The notes under the pieces were generated by a model. That model searched no databases. It was not told the origin of the DNA and saw only the letters and a program-made list of their open reading frames with translations. Below are positions 11,478 through 21,649 of a stretch of DNA of 64,000 nt, in pieces (positions within the stretch are counted from its first letter, which is position 1; each line of letters begins with the position of its first letter). Made by a program: the position numbers and the translations under genes. The stretch comes from Selaginella moellendorffii. Taxonomy: Eukaryota > Plantae > Lycopodiophyta. The stretch spans positions 2,739,266-2,803,265 of the forward strand of contig NW_003314261.1 of NCBI RefSeq assembly GCF_000143415.4, in the 5' to 3' direction.

Positions 11478-13130
11478 TGTAAGCGACTAAATTTTCCATT
11501 CTACTTTAATCACTTAACCACATTTTCAACCACTTGGAGGAGTTTCACTCACAACCTCCATAAGTCCTATTTCAGACTTGGGCTTGCTAGCCTCGAGAAT
11601 GGCATCCCCGCCACTCAACCTTTACCCTCAATCCAAGTGCTCCACGTGTCCAATCCCATGACCGACACCCCAAGGTACCATCGACATATCAGCCTGTTAC
11701 ACTAAGGCCATGCCCCTTCACCTTGGTCACATCAGTGGTCTAACACCACCTGCATCACAGTCCCATCTCTCAAAGACTGGGCCATCCATTTGTGAGTGAT
11801 CATCCCAGATCCACTCCTTAGCATTCTTAGGATGCTCACAGATATGGGGATTAGCCTTCCCCAATACCCCTTTTCCAGTCCCCACCAAGTCCCTTTCTGT
11901 CCATGGCCGCGTTCGCCAATATTGCCACTAAATCAAGGCCCACAAGCCTGACCACTAAGTCCTACTGTCCTCTGGGACTTCCTCACTATGTGACTGTGTC
12001 CTTGGTCACCATACCAGAGGGCTACTCCTCTTCCTTTCCACAATCTGGGACTTTGGGGAAACATTTTGGAACACTGTGGCCCTACACAGGCCTCATAAGT
12101 ACTCTCCCCGCCTTCTGCCTTTGGGTGCTCTAGCCATGGGTTTAGAGCGAGGTTCCGTTGAGCCACGCCAGGTATCCAAGAAGGTAGTGCCACCCACACT
12201 TGGACTGGGAGCATTGGCCAGTCGATCTCCCGGGGGAACTAGAGCCGGCTCTTGAACACTTCACCAATCTACCCTGCTTGTTGGTCTGTGTTCACTCTAG
12301 TCTTGGACTTCCCAGTGGGCAACTCATCACGCAACACTAGGTACAGCCTTTCTAGGCCAAATTGGCCTTTCCTGGCCAAACTGGCTCCACTGCAGTCCTC
12401 CCCCTACTATACTTTTGGAGCTCACCAAACCCCCCAGGGTCTAGGAGATGAACGCTTTCGGCTTTCACCCTCTCAGACTCAAACTCAAACTCGGACTCAA
12501 ACTCGGACTCGGACTCGGACTCGGACTTGGGCTTGGTCTCGGCCTCGGTCTCGGTCTCGGTCCCAGTCTCGGTCTTGGTCTCTATCTTGACTTCGGACTC
12601 CATCTCGGATCCTTCTTGGACTCCATCTCAGATTCCATTTCGGTCCATCTCGGACTCCATCTTGGGTCCATCTCAGACTCCATCTCGGACTCCATCTCGG
12701 ACTCCATCTCGGGTCCATCTCGGACTCCATCTCGGACTCCATCTCGGGTCCATCTCGGGTCCATCTCGGACTCCATCTCAGGTCCATCTCAGACTCAATC
12801 TCGGGTCCATCTTGGGTCCATCTTGGGTCCATCTCGGGTCCACCTCAGACTCCACCTCGGACTCCATCTCGGACTCTATCTCGGACTCCATCTCAGACTC
12901 CATCTCGGGTCCATCTTGGACTCTATCTCGGACTCCATCTCGGATCCACTCATGGCTCGCCTTGTGCTTGTTCCTCGAGCACTTCGTTGGGAGTTCCACT
13001 CCCACTCTCGACCTTTTCAAGTCGGAGCTTTTAGTCCAAACGTGTTACGCTCATTTGGCTTTCGCTTCAACCACTACCACGTGGTGCCGTTTTGGCTCCA
13101 CTTTGGGGCCTAGGGATTTTGTGTCTCACA
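11478..13130. mobile_element. Solo LTR with internal tandem arrays, inserted in the integrase of element A
   Basis: TGTAAG...CTCACA termini and 5-bp TSD TTATG (11473-11477 / 13131-13135). The host frame SPFM|VMYGYKPKSP is restored on removal. Homologous to 28322-30031. Confidence 0.9.
12474..12945 (+). repeat. CTCGGA / CTCGGT hexamer and CTCGGACTCCAT 12-mer arrays inside the solo LTR
   Basis: Read directly from the sequence. These arrays explain the spurious LGLGLG, SDSISD and MESE ORFs. Confidence 0.92.
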
Positions 13131-14968
13131 TTATGGTGATGTATGGTTATAAGCCTAAGTCTCCCGTGAGTTTAAGTTTGGCTTTGGTTTAGATATCTCA
13201 TGCTTATTATTTCTTAGAGGATATGCAAGATAAGCTTGAGTTGGCAAAGTTGAATATGAGGCAAGCTCAAGATTGAGATAAAAGATTAGTTAATGAGCAT
13301 TGTTGTCATCAAGAATACAAAGTTGGTGACAAGGTTTTCCTTAAGTTGTTGGATGTGCAAGAGTTTCTAAAAGTGCTAAATTGTCTCCACGGTATTGTGG
13401 GCCTTAGACAATTTTATAGCGTGTGGGAGATCTTGCATACACTTTGGAATTGTTAGTTAATTTAAAAATTCATCCAACATTCCATGTGAGCAAGCTTAAA
13501 ATGTGTTTGCACTCTAGTGATATCATGAATCAATCCATCATCCAAGTCCCAGATATTGATGTTGAGAAAGCTGGACTAGTCAATATTCTTGCTCAAAGAT
13601 TAGTGAAAAAAAGCTAGAAAATAACTAGGGAGTTGTTAGTTCAGTGGAATGGTTATTTCATGAAACTATATGGGAAATTGAGGATGACATGAAGAGAGTG
13701 TCTCCAAGTTTTGGTTATGACTTGGATGACATTCCTAAGGAAGGGGAGAATTGAGTTCTATAACCGTATTGGTATATGATTTGAGCCGTTTATTTTATTC
13801 TCATTCTCTTATTTTCATGACTGTATTGTCATGCGAGAAAGCTGTATTGCTTTCTTTCTTTCATGGCCATTTGTCGCGATGTTGGTGTTGCCGTTTGCAC
13901 GTCTTTTTTCCATGGTTGTATTGCCTTAAACTCCTTTCATGTAAGGCTCGTTTAGCTTCTCAAGGCTATCATACATGGATGGGTCATGAGGGAGGGGAGA
14001 ATAACATGAACCACAGGAATAATCCAAGAATATTCTATAGCATGTGATGCCTTAAGGGTTAGGAGGTTGGCCTGGGGTTTGCTCTCTTGTTTGTTTCAGT
14101 CAAGGCCTTCTACTAAGGTAGCTGGAGATGTTGGTGATGAAACTGGAGGTGCCAACGGTCCTAGGACTGGAGCTGGTGCTAGCACCGGTGCTTCTTTGGA
14201 GAAGGAGTTGGAGCCACAACTTGAGATGAGACTGGAGCAGGAGGTATAATTGGAGCTGGAACTACAACTTGAGCCATTGCACCACAAGCACAGTCACAGG
14301 TGTAACAACTGGAGCAGCCACTAGTGGGGTTGACACTAGAGTTGCGACTGAAGGAGCCCAGTCGTAACTGGAGTAGCTGAGACAACTGGAGCAGTGACTG
14401 GAGTTGCCATAATAACCTGTCATAGGTGGAGATGACACTGAAGCCATAACCGGGACAGTCACAACTGGAGACGCAACTGGTACAGTACAGATGCTCTCAT
14501 GGATGGAGCAGTGGCCAATGCTGGCATTGAAGAAGGTGATGTGGCCTTGGTTCCCGATCCAGACTTTGGACTCGACTTTGGAGATTCAGCAAGAAGTCGT
14601 TGAATGCAATGCCCTGTGTTGCTGCTGCTACTGCTGCTGCTCGTGCATTTGAAATAGTCATAAAGTCTCTGTTTCTTGAGCTTCCACTGAAAAAGCAAGC
14701 ATCACTAACAAGCTCTTGCCACATGATCGCCTAGAAACTCACCAGACGATTCATCCATAGTATTCCCTGAAAAAGTAGAATGTGTTTCAAATTTTTGCTG
14801 CTTAACAATGATCTGGTGCAATGACATCTTCTGGTGAGCATCCACATTGACAACGGCAAAGAAGAATGTATGTTTTATTTCATTCATGGCATTTAATTAT
14901 TTCTTTCTTTTTTATTTTTAATTTCTTACCAGTCTTCCGTGATAAAATATTGAGAAGTAAAATAATCA

Positions 14969-15419
14969 TTACCAAACCAAACATGGATCAAGGTTGCCAT
15001 AGTTGTTGTAAAAGATGTTGTTGAGGTCTATATCAGATTTTATAGGGTGCTTACTGAAATCATAACAATCAGCAACAATCTTAGAACCATTTAGTGTATC
15101 ATTATAGCATGATTTTTTAAAATGGCCATTTCCAGAGCGATCAAAACTCAGCTGTCCATTTATATTTTGGATGTAAGCATTCACGCTAATGTTGGATGGA
15201 ATTGGTTTGTTATCAATGTTGTTGCACTCTGCAGACAATACACCATCTGAATACGATACATCACCGCAAGAGTCTGAAAAATCGTCACAGCCCTGCATTT
15301 TGAAGAGTTAGTAGTGGAGTTTGTAAATAATTGATAAATGATTTACTAACCATGCTGCAGATCAAGGAAGCCATGCTGATAAATATACCAAATCGCAGAA
15401 GAAGAATTAGTGCTGCCAT
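14969..15419 (-). CDS. Secreted cyanovirin-N homologue (CVNH) lectin, two exons: 15419-15351 and 15292-14969 (~130 aa)
   Basis: Exon 2 has two CVNH half-repeats (FSDSCGDVSYSDGVLSAEC..SNISVNAYIQNINGQLSF and FKKSCYNDTLNGSKIVADC..SDIDLNNIFYNNYGNL). Exon 1 encodes hydrophobic MAALILLLRFGIFISMASLICSM. The 58-nt phase-0 intron reads GTTAGT..CTAAC..TGCAG. Confidence 0.88.
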
Positions 15420-16383
15420 GTTATTGTTTATGCAATAAGAAATCCAGGAAATGACATGTTTTCAAAAGGTGCATGGGACAAAAGAGCAAACATAATTATC
15501 AAAATATGGTTCTTGGTATTGCTACTTTTTTGTCATTATTTTATAAATTATATAATAAATTGCTAAGCATTGCATGTAGCAATGCTTGGTTTACTTAATA
15601 GTAGTGTTATAATTCAATTGATCAAATAAAGTTTATAATTATAAGAATGTTTGTAATTTATAAACACAAGATTACATCAACCATTAGATGATAGAATAAA
15701 AAATAATATACTAAAAAATGTTTAAGAAAGTTTAGAAATTATAAACATGTTTATAAATTATAAATACAAAATTAATCTAAATGATAACTGTTAGATGGTA
15801 AAATATTCTAGAATATCTAAGCATATTCTAGGTATATTCACTACCCCTATAGGTTTGGTTAAGCAAACCAAAAAATATTTGATATGGATGAAATTTGAAA
15901 ACATATATGAACATGTTAAACCAAACTAAAATTTGAAAAAAAAAACATAAACTTCATAATGAATATTGTCTTCTTATACATTGCATAGTGGTCTTAAGAT
16001 AAAAAAAATGTATTATTCACATTTATTAAGATTTTCTGGATTTTAATTATGTTTACATTTTTCTCTTCCAACTTTTGTTTTGGTCAACATTCTTTTGAAA
16101 ACACAATGTTCAAGCTTGCCATGGTTACTTTGGATGATATATTCCAAGTTTATCTTAGAGCTTTTATAAACCTTATCTAAGTTCAAGCAGTCGGCAATTA
16201 ACTTGGAGCCCACCAATCTATCATTCTTGCACGAGTTCAAAAAGAAACTGTGGATACTATAGATTACCTTAAAAAATACTCACGTATTCATTCACACTAA
16301 TCGGCCCCTTGCCGTAGCCATACAACATCCCACTTTCATATGACAAATCATTGCAAGTTTCAAGCAAATCGTCACAGCCCTGC

Positions 16384-19300
16384 TGTTAGGCACCAGCTTT
16401 GACTACGTGGTAGTGGAGCGGCGGTGCAGTGGAGCTTTTGAGGTAGCTCGGGGGTGGTTGGGTGGTGAGGAACCTCAAGAGGTGGCGTTGCAAAGTCTAA
16501 GGCGACTAGATCTCTGTTTTTTTTGCGCCGGATCATAGCATTGGTATCAGAGGAGTTGGTTGACCAAGCTGAACGCTGGAATCCTATTGTCGATGGTGGT
16601 GCCGACGATGGTGCCAACGAAGCTGCGGAGATTTGGACCATTCAAGATGTGGTCAACGTTGGTCAAAGGGAGGCTCAAGGGTATATTAAGGCATGTTAGG
16701 GTAAGGGACTTAACCTTCATGAGTTGCGAGCCCTTAATAAAAATCAGCAAGAGATGCAAGACGAGATGCATGGCATGATGGATACCATGCGTGGGCGTGT
16801 TAAGGCACTTGAGGCTGGACGGGGTAGCGCTCCAAGTAAGCCTTCTTTGGTAGATCGACTCAAGATTCCAACTTTTTCCGGTGATGGTGGTGTGGACGAG
16901 TGTCTCGCTTGGCTAGCCAATGTGAAGAAATTCTTGGTTGCTAGAGGAACTCCAGATGCAGAGGCTTTAGTGGCTATTCCGATGGTTTTGCGTGATGCGG
17001 GTCTTCGATGGTGGAATTGGCTTGAGGAGTCCCGTGTTGCGGATAAGAAACCACCAGTGTTTACCATGGATGAATTTGAGGCTGCTTTTCGTTTACGTTT
17101 TGCCCCTCATTATGATGTGGAGAATGCTCGTATGGAACTTCAACATTTCCAGCAAGGGAAAATGATGCTTGGGGACTATATTGAGAAGCTTACTCACTTG
17201 ATTAGTCGTGTTCCAACGAAGGATCCAGATTAGAACAAGTCCTACTTCATTGATGGCCTACATAGTGAGAGCATGTGGCAACACTTGTGTCATTCTCAGC
17301 CTACAAAGAGTTTGGAGGAGCTCTTTGATGCAGCTCGTTGACTTGAGAATGACAAGCACAAGTCTCGCAAGCGTTTGTGGAGTCCTTCTATCGAGAATCG
17401 TCATGATGATCGCCGTGGACACAAGGATGGGAACAAGCATCACAAGTTGAAGTCAGTGGTGACTACTTCAGATGCAAAGGGGTCCAAGAAGCAGAAGTTC
17501 GTTGTGAAGAATTATAGATAGGGTTGTCATCATTGCGGCGAACTTGGACACTATAAGGCCGATTGTCCGCAGTTGAAGAACAAGCAATAGGACAAGAAGA
17601 ATGGCCAATCTTCTTCTCACGGTAAGTCAGATACTAAAAAGTTGCAAACTTTGCAGCGTGAGGATGAGGAGAACGACCATTCCGGTCGGAGGAAGCGACT
17701 TTTGATCGTTGCTCATCAACTCAACTGTGTGTGGAACAAGATGGAGCTTGAGGATACGCGTGAATCAGCTTTAATGCTGGAGGGCGTGTTCCATGGCGAT
17801 CCAGTGCAAATTTTACTGGATAGTGGGAGCGATGACAACTTTATTTCGGCAAAGTTTGTTGCGGAGCATAACCTGAACACACGCGGAGTTCTTCCATACA
17901 CAGTGGAAGGTGTAGCTACCTCTGCTCAGCATTTCGATGCTTGTGTCGAGGGGTTAGAAGTGTTGGTTGGCAAACCCACACTTGTGAAGACTTTTTATCT
18001 CGCGGATATTCATCATGTGGATCTCATTCTTGGGATGCCATGGTTGGTGAAGGTGGATCCAGAGATAAAGTGGAGTATTAAGCGTATCTCGCTGGAGTAT
18101 GGTAGCGTTAAAGATGTGTGGTTTGGTGAGGGCGTTTAACCCCCCGTTGTTATGCTCTCTGCTACATCTTTGAAGCGGGCTTGTCGTAATGGAAAAGCCC
18201 TTTCGAGTTACTTGCTGTTTGTTCGTGACTTGGGGGACCAAGGCACATGTGGGGGAGAAGCAGCAGTACGGGATGTACTGGACAAGTTTTCTGATGTTTT
18301 TCCATCTGAACTTCCTCATGGATTGCCTCCATTACGAGGTGTGGAGCATGGGATTACATTGGAGCCGGGGACACGACCAATTTACCGGCGTCCATTTCGG
18401 TTAAGTTATGCGGAGGAGCAAGAAGTTCAACGACAAGTCAAAGAGTTATTTGAGTTTGGATTTATTCAGCCAAGTAAGTGTCCATTTGGTGCTCCGGTCT
18501 TGCTTGTGAAGAAGAAGGACGGTTCAATGCGAATGTGTATTGACTACCGCACTTTGAACAAGAAGACAGTGAAGGATAAGATGGCGATGCCACGTGTGGA
18601 TGATATCCTGGACAAGCTTGGTGAAGCACGAGTGTTTACCAAGATTGATCTGAGGAGTGGATATCATCAGATTGCAATGAATGATGCATCTATCTCCAAG
18701 ACAAGCTTCGGACATTTTGAGTTTACAGTTATGCCGTTTGGTTTGACGAATGCACCGGCCACATTTACTCGGTTGATGACGGAGGTATTTGGGCATTATC
18801 TTCATGAGTTTGTGGAGATTTTCTTGGACGATATTCTTGTTTTTAGCAAGAATATGGAGGAGCATAGGGTGCATTTGCGCAAGGTTCTTTTGTTACTTTG
18901 AGATAGGAAACTTTATGCAAAGAAGAGCAAATGTGAATTTGCAAAGTCAGAGGTGGAATATCTAGGCCATATTGTGACATCTCAGGGTGTCAAGATGGAT
19001 CCAAGGAAGGTGGCTGTGGTGGAAAACTGGCCTACACCGACTACAGTGGTTGAGTTGCGCAATTTTCTTGGTATGGCTAGTTACTACCGACGTTTCCAGC
19101 ATAAGTTTGTAGAGGTGGCTATTCCTTTGACACGGTTGTTACGCAAGAATGTGCCATTTGAGTGGAAGAAGCCACAAGAGGAGAGTTTTGTGGCGCTAAA
19201 GCGATTGTTGGGCGAGACTCCAGTGCTTCGCATTGCTGATCCATTGAAACCTTACGAGGTGACATGTGATGCGAGTGGTTATGCACTGGGAGGAGTTCTC

Positions 19301-20863
19301 ATACAAGAGGGACAGCCTATTGCATATGAGAGTCGAACTTTGAATTCTGCGGAGCAACGATATTTCACATATGAGCAAGAGTTACTCTCTATTGTTCATG
19401 CTTTGTAGACATGGCGGCACTATCTTTATGGTGTAGTGTTTGTGGTGTTGACAGATCACAAACCACTTGTGTATCTTTTCACATAGAAGGAGTTGAACAC
19501 TAGGCAAGCTCGTTGGATGGTCAAACTCATGGAGTTTGGGGAGTTTCCTATTGAGCATCGTCCGGGAAAATCAAATGTGGTGGCAGATGCTTTATCTCGT
19601 GTTCGTCATGTGACAACGTTACAAACACGATTTTGTCATCATTTGAGTAAGGTGGTCAGCGAGTTTGGGTAGTTGGTTGAGCATGCTCAGGCTCAGAATG
19701 TTGAGGTGGCCTCTTTGCGAGACCAGATGGAAGCCCCTTTCTCATTGGTGGATGGGATTCTCTACTACAATGGCTGTGTATATTTGCCACTGGTGGATGC
19801 GTTAATTACTCAAGTTTTATTCCACTATCATGATCATCCAGAGGCCAGTCATTTTGGGGGGAAGAAGACGTATGAGTTGATTAAATGCAACTTTTATTAG
19901 AGGAATATGAAGGCTGATATCCTCAAGTATTGTAAATCATGCGAGCTTTGTCAGCGGGTTAAGGTGCCATGGGAGAAGCTAGGGGGGACTTTTGCAACCT
20001 TTACCTATTCCTTAGAGCCGTTGGTGTAGTATCTCTATGGACTTCATCACTTGTTTGCCACGAACACAGAGGCAAAAGGAGCAAGTATGGGTCATAGTGG
20101 ATGGGTTGATGAAGTATGTGCGGTTGTTGGCTCTTCGGAAGACTGTCACTGCCTCAGATTTGGCCACAGAACTTGATGAGATTTTGGTGGTGTGCAAATG
20201 GAATTTGCAAGCAGCTCAGGATAGAGTGGAGAAGTTTGCCAATGAGCATCGCCAATTCCGGGAATATAAGGTGGGTGATCTCGTCTTTGTGCAAGTGATC
20301 TTTCCGTCAAGGGAGCGGCAGAACACCTTGGTGCCTTTACGGACAGGGAAGAGTGATAAACTTTCCCATCGATATGCTGGTCCATATGAAGTGCTGGAGC
20401 GCATTGGTAAAGCGGCTTATCAGGTGCGGCTGCCAGCTGGGGTGAAAATTCATCCGGTATTTTATGTCAGCCAGTTGAAAGGTGTACTATCTTGGAGTGA
20501 CGGGCCCAATGCCTCCTTGATGTATACGGCTGTGGAAGATGGACCAAGAGCTTGAGTAGGGTTCGCCAGAAAGGGTGATCACTGGTACAACTCGTCTTTG
20601 GGACAAGGACTTTGTTGGGGGGGAAGAATTGTTAGGTGCCAGCTTTGACTAAGTGGTCAACGTTGGTCAAAGGGAGGCTCAAGGGTATATTAAGGCATGT
20701 TAGGGTAAGGGACTTAACCTACCCTAGGGCTCACAGTGGAGCGGCGGCGTAGTGGAGCTTTTGAGGTAGCTCGGGGGTGGTTGGGTGGTGAGGAACCTCA
20801 AGAGGTGGCATAGCATAGTCTAGGGTGACTAGATCTCTATTTTTTTTGCGCTGGATCATAACA
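16384..20863 (+). mobile_element. Ty3/gypsy LTR retrotransposon, element B, defective
   Basis: LTRs at 16384-16540 and 20630-20863 (TGTTAGG...CA), TSD CCTGC, PBS TGGTATCAGAG at 16542 and PPT at 20617-20628. Contains gag, zinc knuckle CHHCGELGHYKADC, protease LLDSGS, RT FLDDIL, RNase H, and an integrase whose core is deleted near 20170, followed by a GPY motif. Many stops. Confidence 0.95.
16724..20555 (+). pseudogene. Fragmented gag-pol of element B
   Basis: ORF pieces at 16724-17233 (gag), 17642-18139 (protease), 18152-18901 (RT), 18953-19408 (RNase H) and 19673-20555 (integrase fragments). Confidence 0.9.
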
Positions 20864-21649
20864 CCTGCAGTATCATAGAGTTTAATAGCTAGTGATCAGT
20901 TTGTAGATTACTTACCAAGCTGTTCTTCAAAACACCAGTACCATGCTTAGAAATAGATAGAACCACACTGCCATGCTTACAGAGTTTCAAATGTGAGAAG
21001 CTAGAACCCAAGCCAGTATATGAAAGTTACAAGGCTTTGGAGGTTCTTTGGTCCAAGTCTAGAAAATCACGAAAGGAATCACATTCATGGCTGCTGTTTT
21101 GTAGCTGAGTAAATTTTACCTTGAGAATTTAGAGAGCACAAACAATGACAACAAGGATGGATCGATCAACCAGCCTTTTGTTGCGTGCTCTCCTTTCCTT
21201 GATCCACAGGAATATTGTGTCTCATCATGAATGGAAGCCGGCATTTCTTAGCCAAGATCTCATTCTAGATCCTCTCCATGTACATCTCCAACGTGTCCAC
21301 TCTTCACCTGCAAAGAATTCACAAAATAACCTTCAATTCCCCCAAGAATGTAGCTACCTGCTCAATAAGCCCCAAAACAATGTTCTTCACCACCACCGAA
21401 TACCCTCGTTTTGGAATCCCCAGCGTCTTCACCAGCACCGTCCTGTGCTTCTGCTTCGTCCCAGGTAGGGGACTATTTTAAAATGGCGCATTAGTCATTG
21501 TTATAGGTGGGAGTATTTGAAGATATTGAGCTCATTTACTATCACTTTAGGCATCACTTACACAAATTACCATAAAACTGTTTTTAGATTATGCTTTTTT
21601 TGGTGTTCAAGCACGAAAAAAAGCATTAGGCTTTCCTCTTAATTGGCAC

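Larger units (their letters stand above)
9066..14098 (+). mobile_element. Old degenerate Ty3/gypsy (chromovirus-like) LTR retrotransposon, element A; the true 5' start lies further upstream and is uncertain
   Basis: 5' LTR end ..TTTCA at 9166 followed by a degenerate Met PBS TGGTATTGGAGC (9168-9179). Gag remnants at ~9450-9930, RNase H end (WQEFLQEMSVKIRYKNRGDNKVVDALFR), integrase core to 11477 resuming at 13136, IHPTFHVSKLK and a chromodomain-like ELLVQWNG..ETIWE. PPT at 13739-13750 and 3' LTR at 13752-14098. LTR similarity is visible only over the last ~100 bp and no TSD was found. Confidence 0.75.
16043..20974 (-). pseudogene. Second CVNH paralogue, disrupted by LTR element B plus stops and frameshifts
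   Basis: Exon 2 reads GCDDLLETCNDLSYESGMLYG..ISVNEY (with stops) and then NSCKNDRLVGSKLIADCLNLDKVYKSSKINLEYIIQSNHGKL. The signal exon MAVWFYLFLSMVLVF lies at 20974-20916 with a GTAAGT donor. Exon layout is the same as 14969-15419. Confidence 0.82.

Noticed and set aside
12252-13192. Ser/Arg/Leu-Gly repeat ORFs (also at 29044-30094) resembling SR or structural proteins
   Set aside because: Translations of the 6/12-bp arrays in the solo LTRs. They are open in several frames on both strands.
21145-21481. ORFs and an intron-like segment between elements B and C
   Set aside because: Possibly a gene fragment, but no family could be recognised.
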